NCBI GenBank assembly: GCA_963773065.1
Contig: CAVYZN010000026.1
Span: 1 to 64,000 of the forward strand
Length of the DNA: 64,000 nucleotides
Reading direction: 5' to 3'
Origin: an uncultured Gammaproteobacteria bacterium
GTDB lineage: Bacteria; Pseudomonadota; Gammaproteobacteria; UBA9214
Shown piece by piece: positions 61,269 through 64,000 of the stretch. The stretch's first letter is position 1, and every line of letters starts with the position of its first letter. Under the pieces are notes generated by a model. The model did not search any database and was not told where the DNA came from. It saw only the letters and a program-made list of their open reading frames with translations. A program made the position numbers and the translations under genes.

Positions 61269-62375
61269 ATGAATGATGATGCATCTACCTCTCAGAACAA
61301 ACAGACCTTTATTCTGATACTCCTTATTGTCGCGCTCGTTGTCAGTGGCATATGGATTTACAAAAAAACAAACGAATCAGCACGCCAAGCTATCCTTGCA
61401 AAACTGAACCTTGAGTTTTCTCAACTTGTCAGTACTGCGTGGACGCTTAATGATGTGCAGGTCTTTCTCGAATCGCTTCCGCAGTCGGAACTCAAAGAAC
61501 TCGGCGACATGACAGGCAAGAGCGGTGCTACTCCGGAACAATTAGCAAATCACCTGATGTGGTTATCGAATTCTTCATTTACCTATCCATTCAAAGATAA
61601 GAATGAGGTTAGTTACCATACGGACATTTTGCTTTGGGCCGCACAAAAGAACGGGGTCGCCGCCTCGGTTGTACTGAGAGCCTGTGAAAATATCGCCAGC
61701 CTGCTGCGGACGCCGCTTTGCGGCTGCGGCAGCGTTGCGCCACGCGAAAACTTCGGTCATTTGACTCGCCAAACTCCCTTGTTTTCGCGCAGCGCGCCTT
61801 GCCTCGCACGCAAATCGACGCCCTCGCGACTGCCGTCGATATTTTCACAGGCTCTGAGTTCCTTTCAAGTGGAACGCCGCCTTTTTGAAAAAAAGTTCGC
61901 TCAGACTTGGGATCACCTCAATCCGCAACAACGAACTGAACTGCTTAAACACATGAATGTTAGCGGCTTTAGCGACAGCCAAAAGGCGGCGCTCATAGCC
62001 GGGACAGGCGCTGCTGCTGTAACTGCGCTGTCTGCAACTGTAGCTCTTAGTGGATTTGCCTTTTACACTACGATGTCAACAGCAATTGCCGCTAGTGCTG
62101 GCCTACTGGGTGTTACCTTACCATTCAGCGTTTATGCTGGGGCTTCGAGTACAGTCGCAGTGCTTAGCGGACCAATTGGTTGGAGCATCGCACTTGTCGC
62201 AGGTACAGGTGCTGCAATTGGGGCGGCCGCCTCCAACGTAGAAAAGACGACTGAATTTATCCTTGCATTACACAGTTACAAGGCTAGACGGGCTGAGGAG
62301 ATTGCCAAAAAGATTCAGAATCTCGGTGGAATCGTAAAAGGAAAAATTGGGACGGATTTATTTTCCACTCTATGA
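61269..62375 (+). CDS. Membrane protein with a YaaW/DUF3944-like C-terminus, carrying an in-frame 60-aa MITE insert
   Basis: Continuous ORF; N-terminal TM, SGFAFY...LSGPIGW; low GC except for the insert. Confidence 0.75.
   Translation: MNDDASTSQNKQTFILILLIVALVVSGIWIYKKTNESARQAILAKLNLEFSQLVSTAWTLNDVQVFLESLPQSELKELGDMTGKSGATPEQLANHLMWLSNSSFTYPFKDKNEVSYHTDILLWAAQKNGVAASVVLRACENIASLLRTPLCGCGSVAPRENFGHLTRQTPLFSRSAPCLARKSTPSRLPSIFSQALSSFQVERRLFEKKFAQTWDHLNPQQRTELLKHMNVSGFSDSQKAALIAGTGAAAVTALSATVALSGFAFYTTMSTAIAASAGLLGVTLPFSVYAGASSTVAVLSGPIGWSIALVAGTGAAIGAAASNVEKTTEFILALHSYKARRAEEIAKKIQNLGGIVKGKIGTDLFSTL
61678..61854 (+). mobile_element. MITE family B, 177 bp with a 3-bp TGA duplication
   Basis: TGA|GAGCCTGTGAAAATATCG...CGATATTTTCACAGGCTC|TGA. 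Confidence 0.92.
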
Positions 62376-62471
62376 CCCGAAGCTGCCATCGACAGCTTGA
62401 ATAAGAAACGTGGGTCAGCGGCCACCCGGGCTGTCACACAACCAGGCCGATGACCGCACTGAGGCAATCGC

Positions 62472-62816
62472 TTACACCTCTGATTGGTTCCAATTGCTGA
62501 ACGCGAGCAGCCATGTGGAAATATCGGGATACTCATCGCCGCGCGCCCGCAACTGGCCGCCGAGATCGATCATCAGTTCCCGAAACTCCCGGATTTGCGC
62601 GCGCCAGATCCACTCATCGATGCCCGGGTTGTCCGGCAAGGCTTCATTGGCGATGGAGCCCGCTCCGCCCCACATGCGTTTCGAGTTCAGTTCCCGATAG
62701 AACCTGGCCTCATCCCTTGCGCCGAGTTCGATCACGGACTTGATCCACGCGGCGCTCTCTCCGGGATGATTCTCCAGGAGATCACGGATTCGGTGCAGCG
62801 TGGTCTGAATATCCAT
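62472..62816 (-). CDS. Hypothetical protein (114 aa), paralog of 47569-47913
   Basis: Near-identical duplicate. Confidence 0.8.
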   Translation of the reverse strand: MDIQTTLHRIRDLLENHPGESAAWIKSVIELGARDEARFYRELNSKRMWGGAGSIANEALPDNPGIDEWIWRAQIREFRELMIDLGGQLRARGDEYPDISTWLLAFSNWNQSEV

Positions 62817-62829
62817 CGCAGAGTGCTCC

Positions 62830-62963
62830 AGGGAAATGCTGATTTATTCGGAATCTGTCATTGCGAGCGTAGCGAAGCAATCTCTTCCCGATGAATAATC
62901 AGCCGCTGACGAGATTGCTTCGTCGCTTCGCTCCTCGCAATGACGAATAAATCAGCGTTCCCT
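62830..62963. mobile_element. MITE family C copy
   Basis: TIR AGGGAAATGCTGATTTATTC / GAATAAATCAGCGTTCCCT around GTCATTGCGAG...GAAGCAATCTC...GAGATTGCTTC...CTCGCAATGAC. Confidence 0.85.
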
Positions 62964-63083
62964 TAGCGAAACGGGTGAATCCGCCCTTGACCGCGAGACA
63001 GGTCAGCCGGTGGTTCTGTCACCGTATTCATGGGACAGGAGGGAACGGGCGCAACCGGCGGCCGCCCGGAAACCATGAGCGGT

Positions 63084-63638
63084 TTATTCCTTCACGGGTC
63101 GCTTGGCGAGTTTTCGCTGCAGGGTGCGGCGGTGCATCTTCAGGGCGCGGGCGGCGGCGGAGACGTTGCCGCCATGTTCCACCAGAACCTTTTGCAGGTG
63201 TTCCCACTCGAGTCGTTTGACGGACGGCGGATTCTCGGCGGGCGGCACCCCGGCATCACCCCCAGTGCGTTGCAGGGCGGCGATCACCTCATCGGCATTG
63301 GCCGGCTTGGCCAGGTAGTGCACGGCGCCGAGCTTGATGGCTTCGACGGCGGTGGCCACGCTGGCATAACCGGTCAGCATGACGATGCGGGTGTTTTCAT
63401 CGAGTTCGACCAGCCCCCTGACCAGTTCCAGGCCGGATTCGCTGCCGATGCGCAGGTCGACAACGGCATATTCCGGCTCGTGGGTGCGGGCCAGTTGCAG
63501 CGCCGCGGTGAGGTCGCTGGCCGTGATGACCTCATAGCCGCGCCTTTTCAACGCCTCACCGAGTACACGGCAGTAGAGCTCGTCGTCATCGACGAGGAGC
63601 AGCACCGGGTACTCGTTGCCGGTCGCCTTGTCATTCAT
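63084..63638 (-). CDS. regA: RegA/PrrA/ActR redox response regulator
   Basis: LTGYASVATAVEAIKLGA, LEWEHLQ, NVSAAARALKMHRRTLQRKL. Confidence 0.93.
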   Translation of the reverse strand: MNDKATGNEYPVLLLVDDDELYCRVLGEALKRRGYEVITASDLTAALQLARTHEPEYAVVDLRIGSESGLELVRGLVELDENTRIVMLTGYASVATAVEAIKLGAVHYLAKPANADEVIAALQRTGGDAGVPPAENPPSVKRLEWEHLQKVLVEHGGNVSAAARALKMHRRTLQRKLAKRPVKE

Positions 63639-64000
63639 CACGTCTGGCTACCGGGATTGCCAGGAGGGGAAGGGTGATGTGTGTCAGCGTGCCGCCACCG
63701 TCCCGGTTGCGAACCGTGATGGTGCCCCCGAGGCGCTGCAGGGTCGCATGTGCAAGGTACAGCCCGACGCCGAGACCATTATTTTTGGTGGTCACCGGAT
63801 TTTTGCCGAGTTGTCCCTGGAGGGTCGTGTCGATACCCGCGCCACGATCGGTGATATCGAGTGACAGTTGTGTCGTGGTCCAGCTCGACTGCAGCCTTAC
63901 ATCCTCCGGCGAGGCATCCGCCGCGTTGTTCAGGATGTTGAGGAGCGCCTGGGTGAGTGTGCGTTCCGAAAGGATCTCGGCGTACGGCGACTGTTCATCA
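63631..64000 (-). CDS. regB: RegB/PrrB-type sensor kinase, C-terminal part (runs off the window)
   Basis: Manual translation LTQALLNILNNAADAS...DRGAG...TTK..GLGVGLYL...LP; overlaps the regA start. Confidence 0.85.
   Translation of the reverse strand, partial: DEQSPYAEILSERTLTQALLNILNNAADASPEDVRLQSSWTTTQLSLDITDRGAGIDTTLQGQLGKNPVTTKNNGLGVGLYLAHATLQRLGGTITVRNRDGGGTLTHITLPLLAIPVARRDE

Overview
GC-rich bacterial chromosomal window, most likely from a gammaproteobacterium and plausibly a sulfur oxidiser (TusE/DsrC-family gene, regA/regB, rdgC, deaD, two SulP transporters); the taxonomy is inferred. Layout: (i) 1-15 kb, a minus-strand cluster of exported proteins with a Cys-type arylsulfatase, outer-membrane barrels and an octaheme/TPR cytochrome; (ii) 15-23 kb, a decayed stress island (sulP, ppk2, hdeD, fragments of a P-type H+-ATPase, TolC-like and marC genes) with a RAYT transposase pseudogene, TA modules and a group II intron 3' remnant; (iii) 23-46 kb, a mostly intact core region with a Ser/Thr kinase-PP2C pair, a GlpD-like/DegT/DUF2784 operon and cstA-ybdD-permease; (iv) 46-63 kb, accessory DNA with TA modules, an attC-like cassette, an OmpR-type two-component system with a four-box promoter ahead of sulP-usp, tandem arsM-like genes and a duplicated hypothetical gene. 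The strongest non-coding signal is a dense set of miniature palindromic elements: REPINs and at least four MITE-like families, some nested. One 177-bp MITE sits in frame inside a protein-coding gene, and several elements coincide with gene-truncation breakpoints. Many single-base frameshifts, concentrated in the first 21 kb, may be sequencing errors. No rRNA, tRNA or CRISPR array was seen. Family names come from motif recognition, not database searches.
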